From assembly GCF_018977255.1 (NCBI RefSeq), contig NW_024704742.1:67148001-67212000 (forward strand): a DNA stretch of 64,000 nucleotides, written 5' to 3'. Below the pieces are notes generated by a model. The model ran no database searches. It was given only the letters and a program-made list of their open reading frames with translations, and was not told the origin of the DNA. The position numbers were made by a program, and so were the translations under genes. The stretch is from Callorhinchus milii (Eukaryota). Positions 1 through 13,639 of the stretch are shown here, one piece after another. Position 1 is the first letter of the stretch, and every line of letters starts with the position of its first letter.

Positions 1-489
1 AGATTTCTCGAAGATGTGATAAGGCGCTATATCAAATGCAATGATTACTATTATTATTCCAGCTCTTTTCCCACCTATTTCTGCAAAGCCTTGGTACAAG
101 AGTCTGTTCTAAAGCTTAAGAGAGAATACAGTAAAACTTGCAGAAATCTTAACTTTATAAATCATTTAATTAACTTTATAAATCGAATCATTAGCACAGC
201 GTAATAGCAGCATGGGATATCCCTGTGCAGAGCTCTCTCCAACCTCAATTATCATACAGTATCATTAATATAACAATCCTTACATTTAATATAACAACTT
301 GCATTTATATAGGAACCTTCGCGTAATACTGTCTCAGAGTGCTTCACAGTGGTGGGTATCATGCTTATAATGTCAAAACATGTCTCAGAAGACTCATCAA
401 GCAATTGTGAGTTTTGACAAACCTAGCAGCCAAATTTGCACAGAGCAATGTCCCACCAACAGCCATTAAATGAGCAATCAATTTTATAC

Positions 490-783
490 GGAGTCCTGCA
501 GCTCAGTGGCTAGAGCACTCGTCTCGCAAGCAAGAGACTTGGGTTCGATTCCTGGCAGGGCAAAACCATGGGCAAGTTTCCTTACTCTGCACTCCTGATA
601 ATAATCCCTCAAGAAAAAAACACAATAATAAATTGGTCATTTCAATCCATGACTGTTTGTGGGATGCTATTGGCTGCCTCGTAACAGTCAAATTCACTTT
701 ACAGTATATTCTGTGAAGCGCTTTGAGACTTCTGGAAGACGTGAAAAGTGCTATATTAAATGCAAGGATTATATATTATTATA
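490..783 (+). mobile_element. tRNA(Ala)-SINE copy; others at about 4086-4460(+), 10460-10830(-), 19108-19254(+), 45300-45542(+), 46510-46760(+), 57857-58117(-), 63733-64000(+)
   Basis: Same head, body and/or tail motifs in each copy. Confidence 0.85.
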
Positions 784-1342
784 TGGGGAGTGGGGGTGGG
801 GTGGGGGGAGGCAGATTGTTGGCCAGGATTATTGTTGACAAACATTATTTTTGAGTAAAGACAGTGTTCACCGAATCACAAGATTGGTTTGGATGAAGAA
901 GGCCCTTTGGCCCATCTGATCTCAACCCTGGAGAATACCCACCCTACTCTCCTCCCAACACACCATCAAACTACTGTTTGTCTTGATTTAATTGTGATGC
1001 ATACATTTAACCACTTTGAGACGTTCATTCTACATGAAAGTCACCATGCGAGTGCAAGTAGTCATTGTGTTAATTATGTCCAGTGATAATTGACAACTCA
1101 TGTTACAGTTTTTGCCCTTGTCTTAAAGTTGTGTGAAATTCCCTGAATGTCCAGTAAATAGACCACCTGCTAGTACAGTAGTTTGTGGGAATCTGTTCTA
1201 TTATTATGCAATGTGTGAAAGATGTTATTGCTATGCTCTGGGTAACCATCCCTGATAATCTCATGTGTTAACAAAACAGAGGCAGAAAGTAGCCCTCTTG
1301 CGGAATGGATAGAGCTGTAGCTTACAAACCAATTGCTTAAGA

Positions 1343-1660
1343 GATCTCAACTCCAACAAGATGTCATCTCTAACAAGGTGTCAACTCCAACAACATCTCA
1401 AATCCAATAAGATCTCAACTCCAATAAGATCTCAACTCCAATAAGATCTCAACTCCAACATCTCAACTCCAACAACGTCTCAACTCCAGCAACGTCTCAA
1501 CTCCAACAACATCTCAACTCCAGCAACATCTCAACTCCAGCAACATCTCAACTCCAACAACATCTCAACTCCAATACGATCTCAACTCCAATAAGATCTC
1601 AACTCCAACAACATCTCAATTCCAGCAACATCTCAACTCCAGCAACATCTCAACTCCGAT
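1343..1660. repeat. 17-bp minisatellite, about 19 units
   Basis: Units AACATCTCAACTCCAGC / AAGATCTCAACTCCAAT with invariant core TCTCAACTCC. Confidence 0.9.
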
Positions 1661-4600
1661 CAGATCCTAATATCGATAGGATCTCAGCTCTGATGCCGGG
1701 TCCAACCCGAAATCTCGTGACTCACCACGACATGCAGGGGGTAACAGTCAAAGAGGCTTTATGGGCTGATGGCCTCTTCCTATGTTTCCTAAACCTCTGA
1801 TTTTTGTTTGTTGACGTATCTGCTCTTGGCCTACCCTCCTCTTGCCTGCAGTTCCACAGTCCCTGGCTGCCCTCTGGTATCCTTCCCCCCACGCCGCCTA
1901 AGTGGCCAATGTTCACGTGTGAGCCTCCAGCATTACTTTCAATAAGTAGAACTTGAGCCTCTGAGTCAAACATTCAAGCAGCACGTTGTGACGTTGATCT
2001 CACTGTCTAAGCTGATACTCCACTGCAGTGGTGAGGGATGCACTGCATTGTCGAAGGTGCGTCCTTTATAAGAGACGTTAACCCGAGTTCCTGACTGCCT
2101 GTTCAGGTGGACATTAAAGATTCCACAACACTATTTAAAAAAAGAAGAAACTCTTCTTGTGTGCTGGCCGACAATCCTCCAGATAAAATTGGTTATCTGA
2201 CTATTTGTGGGACAGTGCTGTGTGCAAATTGGCTGTCACATTTATCTTGAAAATATGTAGTCACTACTCTTTATAGAAAATTTTGTGGAGTGTGTTGGCA
2301 TCATATTAAATGCAAGGATTGTTACTATTATTACAATGCAGTTTACATATACGTTTACTCTTCCGACTGCCCACCTCCACTCTTTCAAAACCTGTATCAA
2401 GACAAACCTTTTTGACTGGACTTATATTGCATTGCATATAGCATCTTTCACATCAGGAAAGCGCTTGAACGTGTATTTGTCTAGAACTAATCATTTTTGT
2501 ACACACTTTTTACCTAAGACTGGACTGCTCTGCTCCCCGATTACCCCAGTCCTTGCCAGAGTGCACTGGCTGCCTGTCCCAGAGAGGATCGACTTCAATA
2601 TCCTCACCCTTGTATTCAAATCCCTCCACTCCTCTGCACCTCCTACCTCTCTGACCTCCTCTCTCCTCAAACCAGTATCCGTTGCCTTCGTTCCTCTGGA
2701 TCTGGCCTCCTCCTTGTCTCCCGAATCCTCTGCTCCACCCTCAGTGGCCATGCCTTCAGCCACTACGCCCCGAGGCTCTGGAACTCCCTTCACCCCGATC
2801 CCTCCCTTCCTATTTTCATGTCTCTGCTTTCTTTTCGACCGCGCCTTTGGTCACCTTCCTCCCCCTCCCCCTGGCTCGGCCCCTGGATCTGTTACTGTGA
2901 AGTGCTCTGAGACGCCGTCCGGCGTGGAGGGCGCTATATAAATCCAAGTTGTTGTTGTTCTTTGGCTCTTTCGAGAGTCATATCGGTGTTAAACACATTC
3001 CACCTTCCCAGGGTTGTACTTTGATAAATATTTACATTTCTTCCCGGTGTTCATCAGCTGCTATGTTTGCCTGTGTAAAGGCATACACTTTCATTTCTAA
3101 TCAATTTTAGTTCGCAAAGTGTTTTGAGATATTCATTTTACATGAAAGGAGCTATATAAATGCAAGTTATTATTATTTGACTTCTCCACCTTACCTCCAC
3201 TGAATTATTCTGCCTTTATTATACCTCTGACCTGTGCTGATTATTGCTCATTATTCTTTTTCATAGTTTCCATATGTGATGGTGGTATGTGTGTGCGTGT
3301 GCACGGGTGATGGATAACAATCAGGGCCAGAGAGAAGGAGCTTTGATATTTTTTACTTCACGCCTTTTAAGTACTTCTAATGCACTTTACAGTATTTATT
3401 CTAATATGCAGTGACTATATTTTTGTGGTGACTGAATGCAGCAGTCAGTTTGCACGCAGCAATGCCCCACAACCAGCCATGCAGTGAATGTCCAATTTTA
3501 TTTGGGGATCTGTCGACCAGGAGAATTAGAGAAACTCCCTTCCCTTTTCAAATGGTGCCGTGGTGTCATTGACGTCCACCTGAACAGGCAGACGGAACTT
3601 CAGGCTAACATCTCATCAAAAGGATGGCATCTCCAACAATGCAGTCTGAGCACTGTATTGGAGTGTCAGCTTAGACTGTAACTAGTTAAAAATCCCGAAA
3701 TGGGACTTCAACCCACAACCTCTGACTCAGAGGTGAGAGTGTTATTGGACTGAGCCAGGCTGACACTTGACATCGAACAATAGAAAGGGAGAGAAAAAGA
3801 GTGCTAGAGAGAGAGAAGGCTGACACAGTGTGGTACTACAGCGACAGTATAACTCTTGTTAGAACAATGTTATTAGTTGGCACTGTAGCTAATCTATATT
3901 GTGTGTGATGACCAATTATCTGCACTATTTGCTTATCTACAATGCGATGGATGGTCCCTAAATTGTGAGGACAGTTGTCTCTCCACTGCTCAAATTAAGT
4001 GAACCCTTCATCTCATTGCTCACTATGAGACTTTGCTAACTCAGATGAACTCTGGTTTATGCCCACGTGTCAAAAGTCAACCAAGTGAGTCCTGTGATGT
4101 ATTGGTTGCAGCATTTGCCTTGCAAGCAAAAGGACCCAGGTTCAGTTCTCGGGCAGGGTTAAACATTAGGCAAGCTTCCTTATTCCACACACCTCAGTTT
4201 ACCTAACCGTTAGTAGGAACCCGGTTGTTAGTTTATTGGCGGATTGTTTTCCAGGAATATAAACTCTCCGAAACAAACAAATAAGTATAATAATCTGGTC
4301 ACTCAAGCCATGACTGTTTGTGGGACACTGCTGTGTGTAATTGGCTGCCGTGTTTTGCCCACAAAATATACAATCAATTCAGTTTACAGAATATTCTATG
4401 AAGCACTTTGGGACGTATCAACAATGTGATAGGGAGATTTATCAAATGCAAGGATTATTAGTATAAACTAAGTTGAGAATTAGGATGTGAAATGCAATGC
4501 TAGGACCATTATTACTCCTTCTCAGTGTCTCAGAACATCCTTATGCTGATGGACTGGCCATATCAGGGATACCTTCACTGGGGGAGCTCAGTATTGAAAC

Positions 4601-6024
4601 AGTGCTGTTTACAATGAGATTTACAGGCCAGCTAGGCAGACAGCATGGAGTCTGCATGAACAGATTTTATAATTAACATTTTGTATAATAATGGCACTCC
4701 TCCAGCAACTATTGTTGTAACAATTATTAAATTTCTCTGCCTCTGAAGCTAACTAGTCTGGCTTCTATTCCTCTGCATGTACAAGATGGTTTTGTCTTTG
4801 CATGGTGTTTTGTTATGGGCATAACCAATGCCAGCCACATAAAACTTTCAGGTTATTTATTGCTGTGCCTCTACAAATAACCCTCACCATGGTTCGTTCT
4901 TTGTACACTTAGAACCAAAAGTGTCTTATAAAAATATTAAAAAATAATCCTTGTAATAGATATAGTGTGCTTCACGTCGGAGGGACATCTCAAAGGGCTT
5001 CACAGGATAAACCATAAAGTGACGTTTTTTTTGTGGGCCAACAGGGCCTCAGGGACCTTGGCTGAATGCAGCAGCCAATTTGCACACAGCAATGTCCCAC
5101 AAACAGCCTTGAAGTAATTAACTCATTTTATTTGGAGATCGTTGGCCAGAACACTGGGAGAAACTCCCTTCTCTTTTCGAATAGTGCCATGGGATCTTTA
5201 ACGTCCATTTGAACAGGCAGACAGGGTCTCGGTTAATGTCCCATCCAGAAGATGATTTGAAAAGAGAAGGGAGTTTACTCCCTTTAGCCAATGATTCTCC
5301 TCCCCCTGCACCCCCCACCCAAAAAGAATTGGCACGTCATTACTGATCATAGAGTCATTCTGTAGTGTTGAGTAGTGGTTTGTTCGTTTGGTGTGGTATG
5401 ATATTTTCTAAGGCGCTCCACTAGTTCTGACTTTTCAAAATGTATCTACATACAATTAATGTGGGAAAATCATGTAAATTCATTCGGGAGAAAAAAAACA
5501 AATGCAGATGGATTTGTTTCTCCAAGGCTAAGAATTTCAGCCGTATAACTTGATTGTTCCCACAGGAGGAGACAGTGTTCTGGACCAGACGCTGATAACT
5601 GCGGGCCAAATCGGTCTGCCTTCCGGGAGATGAGAGAGTTTGCAAGCCAGCAAACTTATACAGCACTCGGAATACTAGGGTGGATAGTTATATCCGTAAC
5701 TCTAACTGTCCAGCGCCTGGGGACGTCCTCCCGATGTGAAAGGCGCTATACAAATGTAATTTTGTTGTTGTTCTATGTTTCATAACAGATTCGCAGTGAT
5801 AATTAACCCATTAAAATAATAATTGTTACATTTGATATAGCACCTTTCATGTCAGGAAGACGGATTAAAGCGCTTCACAGAATTTTTACTGTGAATGTAG
5901 TAGGTTAGTGGGAATGTAGAACTGTAGAACTTGCTGCAGAAGCGGTGGTTGAATCAGAGAGTAGTTGCGTTTAAGAGGAAGCTAGATATAATACACACAA
6001 GAGCGAAGAGAATAATAATAATAA

Positions 6025-6320
6025 CTACAGAAAATCAGGAAATATATCGATCTACAAATTGAATGCGGACACATGTGGCAATGTAAAACAAACATTGTTC
6101 CTGTAGGTATCGGTGCAACAGGGACTGCTAATAAGACTATTCAAAAATGGCTTGACAAGATATCTGGTGAACAAAATATCAACCTCCTGCAAAATGTAGC
6201 TATTTTAAGAAGCTTAAATGTATTATGAAAAATAACATCAATTCATATGTAAAATGGCAGTGTTATTGGTCCCGTTAATGAAAAACATTTAGAAATTACC
6301 TCTAGAGTGTGACAACATAA
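6025..6320 (+). mobile_element. 3' fragment of an R4/Dong-like (restriction-like endonuclease) non-LTR retrotransposon
   Basis: Frame from 6031: KIRKYIDLQIECGHMWQCKTNIVPVGIGATGTANKTIQKWLDKISGEQNINLLQNVAILRSLNVL*KI, matching the recalled KxxKYxDL...VPxxIGAxG...LQ..A pattern; (AAT)n on both sides. Confidence 0.65.
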
Positions 6321-6389
6321 TAATAACATTAATCCTTGCATTTGGCATAGTGCCTTATCACGTCATTCAGACGTCTCAAAGCACTTCAT

Positions 6390-6690
6390 AGGATAGATAT
6401 TTGTTAGGTAAAGGTATCAAGGAATATGGGGCAAGGTGGGTAATTGGAGTTGAGGTACAGATCAACCATGATCTTGTAGAATGGCAGAACAGGCTTGAGG
6501 GACTGAATGGCCTACTCCTGTTCCTATGTTCCTATGATGTACTGTAAAATGGATTCACTGTGTGTTTGTGGTTGATTAGAAGGGTATGGGAGGGAGTAGG
6601 GAGTAGATGGAGACTTGTGTGGAGTATAAACCCAGCCATGGACCAGTTGGGCCGAATGGCCTGCTTCTCTGCTATATAAATCTATGACTG
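6390..6690 (+). mobile_element. CR1-type LINE 3' ends; others at about 7770-7890(+), 14560-14670(+), 15720-15865(+), 17565-17810(-), 32335-32545(-), 59710-59920(-), 61100-61200(+)
   Basis: GAATGGCCTACTCCTGTTCCTATGTTCCTATG-type termini; LNRLAQWADQWEMKCN RT remnant at about 14620. Confidence 0.7.
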
Positions 6691-9600
6691 TGTATTTATA
6701 AGCAAACCGACAGCTAATGAGCACGCAGCAATATGCCACAGACAGCCATGAACTGAAAGCCCAATGTTACCTGGAGGTCAGATGGGAAGATTAGATCACT
6801 CTGAGCTCAAAATGAGGATGTAATTTTATAATGAGAGATTAGAAGAATTTTTCAAGAAGATTGAGGTGGTACGTGGAACAGACACTCAATAAGTGGGACA
6901 TTAATAAACAGTTTCAAACTTGACAACATCTTAATGGACATCAGGAAATTTCTGAATAGACTTTAAACCTTGCGGGTAGAATGGCTGGAATTTATGACAG
7001 GGTAGACTTTGGGGGGGCAATACATGGAATGTACCTGGTGGGCTGATTGACTTTTTCATGTCCTGTACTTTCCTTGTGTTCTTATGTACTGTGTAAAGGA
7101 TGGAAAGTGCAAAACAATGGTGACACTTACCCTTTCAGAGCTGCTTCCTTAAAGTCCTCCCGCAAAAAATGATGGGATTAGCAGCTGAGTCTTGCTAATC
7201 AACCCTCAGCAAATTTGAAGCAGATCATCTGTGACTGTAACTAGCCCTCTGCGAAATGCTAGCTTCCTCCAAACTATCGGCTTCTGCTACAGTATTGTGT
7301 TAACAAGCACACATATACAAAGAGACTTTCAAGTTGACAGGTCTATAAAAGGAACCTTCTTAACAAGTGTTATGGTCCATAGTCCTTCAGAGAGTTTTGA
7401 AAGTGTTTATACATAGAACTGCAAACAAAGGGAGTTCCAAGAGGATCGATTTCAAGATCGATATCCACACGTCTCTGTTTATCTAGCAGTAAGTAGGAAC
7501 CCGGTTGGTAGTCAAATAGCAGATCACTTTCCGAAGGGTAATAATCCCTCAAAAAAAATGTGGTCACTCAATCCATGGTTGCTTGTGAGACACTGCTGTG
7601 TGCAATTGGCTGCAAAAAATACACAATCAATCCACTTTACAGTATATTCTGTGAAGTGCTTTGAGACATCTCAACAACATGATAAGGTGCTATATTAAAT
7701 GCAAGGATTATTATCCTCACCCTCAATTCCCTTCACCTTCTTTGGATCTAAGGTTCCCAAAGATTTCCACCCTATTGGAAACTAATCCATACAGAATCAA
7801 TTGCTATCAACATTTCCATTATTGTAGCATGCAACTACCAGGATGGTAGAAGGCATACTAGGTGGTCCTTGGTCTTTATCCGTCTAGCAATTTTTATGTT
7901 CCTATGTTCACCTCTCTAACCTCTTCATGCCTGCTCCCTACACTCAGCAATTTAGCTTCAAATTCAAAGTGAATTCTCCCCTGGGCTGGCCAGAACCTAT
8001 GGGCCTCAGAACTGACTGAGCACCAAAGTATGATGATGTCATTGAAGGCAGGAAGTTTCCAATAATAATAAAATTAATAATCCTTCCATTTGATATAATC
8101 CTTGCATTTCACAGAATATACTGTAAAGTGAAATTGACTGTACATTTGTGGGCAAAACCCGGCAACCAATTGCGCACCACAGTGTACCAAACAGTTGTGG
8201 ATTGAAGTGACCAAGAATGTGCAGTAGAGGGCAGAAGACTTACTATTGCAAAGATTTTCTCCTTTACAACAACTACAACTTGGATTAATATAGTGCCTTC
8301 ATGTGGAATATTGCCTGCAAGTGATTATATATAGAACAGGAGTGAGATGGAGGGGTAGAGAGAGATAATTGCAATATAATATAAACCTTAATGAATAAAT
8401 TAGCATAAGTGAAATGAACAGCAAAACACTTCCATTGCTCTGTCAGGTCGGAGTTCAGGTTTCTGATGCACTTCTAGTCATCAGGAAGCCTTGTTTGAGA
8501 GACTCAGATTCCTTATTCCATCTTAAGGAATCCATTAAGATAAAAACTCAAATGGAAGTTCCGTCTACCACGTTAGGGTAAGCAGATTTCTGGAAGGCAG
8601 ACAACTTGTCTGTTAATCTACTAATGTAGGAGCTGCAAGGTACGAGTGGAAGTAATATTCTTCCCTCCAAAATTCCAACCTAAATGTGATGCAAACTGTC
8701 ATGGCTGTTTGTGTGGCATTGCTGTGCACCAATTGGCTTCCACGTTCACCTACAAAGATACACAGTCACTACACATTACAGAAACTTTCTGAAGGGCTCT
8801 GAGATGACATTAAAGGTGCTATACACCAAATGTGAAGATTACTATTTATTAAGGTGTCAGCCTGGCTTGGTTGGTAGCACTCTCGCCTTGGAGTCAGAAG
8901 GTTGTAGATTCAAACCCCGCGTCATAGTTTGGATTGACACTCCAATGCAGTGCTGGAGGTGATATTTGAAAAGACAAGGGAGTTTCTCTCTCCCGGTGCC
9001 CTGGTCAACAATCACCCAGATAAAATTATTCATTCACCTCTTGGGTGTTCATGGGACATTGTTATGTGCAGATTGACTGCTGGGTTAGCCTACAAATGCA
9101 CAGTCACTCTACTTTACATGCAAATCCTTGTTATGTTTTGAGGTGTTTCAAGGATGTGATAAGATGCTATACCAAATTCAAGGATTAATAGTTAAAAAGA
9201 AATGTTGTGCACATTTGATACATGGCTATTTGAATTTCAATCAGGTTGTGCACGATACAAAACGTCCCGTGTGTGTAGTGAAGATCTGCAGACTGATTAC
9301 AGTGAACCCCAAAATTACAGATTTTTTTTTGTAAGACCTCAAAAGAAATGTTATTGCATTGACCTAATTCCTTGATTATTTTCAAAAAATTAGATTTCAG
9401 GGTCGCCAAAGGGGGAAAAAAGGAGGAGGAGATCTGATGCTTTGTCAAGCGAGCACAGCTTTCCTGGAACGCTGCAAAGCACATGATTGAAGGGTTTCTG
9501 CTTATTCTTTGGCAGCTGAAACCTTTTTCCTCAACACTCTTTAAACATAATGTGCTCAGCAGACTAAACATATGGTGCCGGCCCAGCAACTGTCTGCAGG

Positions 9601-11274
9601 GCTCGCGGGTCATTTTTAATGCAGTTGCCCAAGGTGTTCTGGCATAGGGCAGCACAGCTGGAAACAATACGCTGAGTATGTTTGTTTGGCTGATAAACTT
9701 TCCAGCTGTTTGCACCATTTTCCCCTCTCCCCCACCCCCCACACACCCCCTCGTAACTTCAAAGGCAACTCAAAAGAAGAAGGAATCGTAATTACCATTT
9801 TCTTTGAAAGAAGCGCACTTTCTTTAAAAGAAGAGTGAATTGCAACACTTTACCCCCAGTGAAAAATAATAATGATAATAATGCTTACACTTGGTACAAC
9901 GTCTTTCACATCAGGAGGACGTCCCATTGCCCTTCAAAGGATATACTGTAAAGTGCAGTGACTGTATGTGTTTTGTGGATGAACGCAGCAGCCAACATGC
10001 GCATACCAATGTCCCACAAACAGCCGTGGAAATCCTATGGCACAATTCAAAAAGAAAAGTGAGCTTCTGCCAGTGTGCTGGTCAACAATTTGGTGCATGC
10101 AAATTGGTTGCTGCATTCGCCTACAAATACGGAGTCCCTCCACTTTTCAGTAAATCATGGGAAGCACTTTGAGACATCTCCCTCTTTGTGACAGTGTGGT
10201 AAGTCACTATATTAAATGCAAGGATTATTATAAAGTAAGCCACTGCTTCAGGAGCACGGACTCAGACATGTGGTCACACTCGGTATAAACAATATTTGTA
10301 CAGGTTTATATAAAGGATACTAGAATTCAGAGGCATGAAATAGGAAGCTGGTTACCTCAGGGAGAGCTGATCTGTAATGGGACAGGAATGGTTTGTCCTT
10401 TCTCCTCCTGTCATAAGGCTGTAAGGATATGAATCTCACTGCCAGAAGCAAAAAAAACATTATAATAATCATTGCATTTGATATAGTGCCTTAACATATC
10501 GTTGAGACGTCTCAAAGGTGTCTCACGGAATATAATGTAAAGTGGATTTACTGTGTATTTTGTAGGTGAAATGCAACAACAATTCCATACATCAGTGTCC
10601 CACAAACAGTCATGGAATGAGTGACACAATTTTTTTGGGGGGGCCCCTTTTGGGGGCGCATTTCCCTGGATAGCGATCTCCCAATCAACTAACAGCCAGG
10701 TTCCTACTTACTACTAGATAAACAGATGTGTGTGGAGTAAAGAAACTTGCTTAAGGTTTTGCCCTGCGCGGGAATCGAACAGTGGTCCTCTCGCTTGTGA
10801 GGTGAACCCCTAACAATTACACTACAGGACTTTACAAATCAATGTATTTAAATGGAAATTTGATGCCTGCATAGACGCTGAATGATGAGACAGCTCTTGT
10901 CAAAGTTACAAATGACATCCTTTATCTCTGCTACCAGGGCTCCCTTTGCCTCCTTGTGCTCTTGGACCTTTCTGCTGCTTTTAATACAGTGGACCATCCC
11001 ATCCTCCTCGACCATTTCTCCTCCGTTATCCACTTCAGTGGGCCTGCCCTCTCATGGTTCAAGTCCTACTTGATCCATGACAATCATTTTATCTCCTCTA
11101 ATAGGATTCTCCTCCTGCTCCTCCACAGTAATCTGGTGCATACACAAAGACTCTATTCTTTGTCATCTCCTTTTTCTCATTTACATGCTCTCTCTTGGTG
11201 ATATCATCTGCAGACATGGGGTCAATTTCTACATGCATACAGATGACACCCAAATCTATTTTTCCAAAAAATAA

Positions 11275-12283
11275 TTTTCTGCCATTTCCGGCACCTCCAG
11301 GGTGATCCAACCACTATCCAACCAAATATCTTTCACCCCCCCACCCCTCTCAGCATTTCGAAGGTACCTTTCCCTTGGTGACTCCCTGGTTCATTCCTCC
11401 ATCACCAGCAACAGTTGCTCTCCTCCACCCGGCACCTTCCCACTCCAGCACAGGAAGTGCAATACCTACACTTTCATCTCCTCCCATACCACTGTCCAGG
11501 GCCCCAAACACAGCTTTCAAGTGAGACAGTGATTTACGTGTACTACCAACAATGTCGTTTACTGCATTTGCTGCTCACAATGTGGTCTCCTCTACATTGG
11601 GGAGACCAAACGCAGATTCAGTGACCGATTTTCTGAACACCTCCGTTCTGTCCCCAAGCACAACCCTGAGCTTCCGGTTTCTTGCCACTTCAACTTTCCC
11701 TCCCACTCACACTCTAACCTCTCCATCCACGGTCTCCTACTTTGTTCCAATGAGCCACAGCGCAAGCTGAGGAACAGCACCTCATTTATCTACTAGGGAC
11801 CTTACAGCCCTCTGGCCTCAATATTGATTTCAATAAATTCAGACTAACAGCTCACCTTCCCCCTCCCCTTCTTCTGTGACCATTACCACATCATGTGGGT
11901 CCCAGACATACCTTTTCTCTGTCTGGTCTGCTTATTTTGTTGCAAAATGTTTCCCCCTTTGTTTTGCATTGTTAACACCTCTATTCCCCTGTTTTGTTGC
12001 AATCCCCCATCCCTTTGTTTTGCATCATTAACACCTCTTTAACCCATCATCCTCTGTCCTCTATCCCATTTTCTCCTTTGTCTTCCTTGCCCTGCCTCCC
12101 CCCTTTCTGTTAGACCTTATTAGTCTCTCCCTCCCAAACACACCCCAGTTCTGACGAAAGGTCAGAGACTTGAAACGTTGACTCACTTTCCTGTCTCCAT
12201 AGATGCTGTCTGACCTGTTGAGTGTTCCCGGCGACTTCTGTTTTTGTTTCAGATTTCCAGCATCTGCAGTATTTGGCATTTTG
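11275..12283 (+). mobile_element. Penelope-like retroelement remnant (GIY-YIG endonuclease end plus pLTR/UTR)
   Basis: PPPLSAFRR..LGDSLVHS..PGTFP..KCNT..VRQ*FTCTTNNVVYCICCSQCGLLYIGETKRRFSDRFSEHLRSV; flanked by near-duplicate TCTATTTTTCC (11255-11265) and TCTAATTTTCC (12284-12294). Confidence 0.9.
12146..12184 (+). ncRNA. Minimal hammerhead ribozyme motif of Penelope pLTR
   Basis: CAGTT-CTGACGA-A-AGGTC-AGA-GACTT-GAAA-CGTT-GACTC: core boxes CUGANGA and GAAA, stem II, palindromic AACGTT at stem III, short stem I. Confidence 0.65.
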
Positions 12284-13639
12284 TCTAATTTTCCTCCTCT
12301 CGTCTTAACCTCAGTCCTACCAATGATCTGATTGTCTGCTTGTCTGACATCAAGGCCTGGATGAGCCTTGCAGCAGAACATGAACAAGACAGAAGCCATC
12401 CTTCTTGGTTCCTATTAATTTCTTCTCACCTGAGGTTCTGAACTCCTTAATCTTCCCTAGCTATCTCTCAGACTCACCAAATCTATATATCCTTGGCATC
12501 AGGTTCCATCCCCAGTTATCCTTCCTTTCCCACATTCAGCTATATCTAGAACTCTCTGCTTCAGTCCCCCCATCCGTCTTCTAATCACACCTGAAGACTT
12601 TCCTTTTCGACCGTGCCTTTGGTCAAATCCCCTCTTTCCAGCTCAGCGTCAAATCACCAAGACGCTACCTGCATGAAGGCTGTTATATAAATGCAAGTTG
12701 TTATTGGTTAGGAGGGAGTGGTGGTTCGTGTGATGCATAAACATTGGTGTGGACTAGTTCCACTGAATGGCCTGTTTCTGTGCTGTCACACTCAATGTAA
12801 CTCTATTTATCGGTAGTCCTGTCCCTGAGTCAGGCAGATCCACAGTATTCCTGGCCCCTGCTGATGACAGACTAGCCAGCTTCGATCATCAGCAGGATTT
12901 GGAGAGGCAGTCAGGTTAATGGGAGCAGGGATTCTTCCCACTTTTCTACTGCTAACCGTGCAAGTAGGCCTGTGTTAGCTGAGCATAGGGGTGGGCAGAA
13001 GAGTGGAGTATGAGAAGATTGGAGATGATAGGACATAAAGGAATTTATATTTGGATCTTGAAATTTGGAGCCAGAGGAGCCTGTGGAGCCTTGCAAGGAC
13101 TGTATGATGGGGGTATGGAGTTTAGAGCAGGTGAGCAGCATTACCACGCTTAAGAGAAGCCAAACAAGGCTAAGAGTTCCATACATAGTAAATTCCCTGG
13201 TTTTGGAATGGAATTCGTGATTTCTCCCTGGGGTAGTGCATCTCGTCTACCTAGTTCCAGAGAGTATAAGGCACAGGTTGGCAAGGGCTCTGTTCTGAAC
13301 TGTGGGCTTCGACAGAGACGCTTCGACCATTCAAATGATAGAAATTAGTGTAGAAATAAACTAGATCTCAAAGTCCATGTTTGTAGAGTGCTTCGTTCTT
13401 CTGAAAATACTATAGTGATTGGCACATACTGTGTTTATAATAATAATATAATAATGATCCTTGCATTTGGGATAGTGCCTTTCATGTTGGGAGAATGGCT
13501 GTAAAGTGCAGTGACTGTGACAGTGAAATACCGTGTTTTTTCTGATGAATCAGGCAGCCAATTTGTACACAGCCTTGTCCCACAAACAGTGAGTGACCAA
13601 TTTCATAACTTGAGTTTAACAACAAAATTTGCATTTCTA

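Larger units (their letters stand above)
10870..12710 (+). mobile_element. Degenerate L2 LINE interrupted by a Penelope insertion
   Basis: LLDLSAAFNTVDH and MHTDDTQIY before 11265; resumes at about 12284 with CLSDIKAWMS-like sequence and an L2 tail. Confidence 0.85.

Noticed and set aside
1343..1660. CRISPR-like appearance of the 17-bp and 23-bp (57040-57800) arrays
   Set aside because: Head-to-tail repeats without unique spacers in vertebrate DNA; no cas genes.
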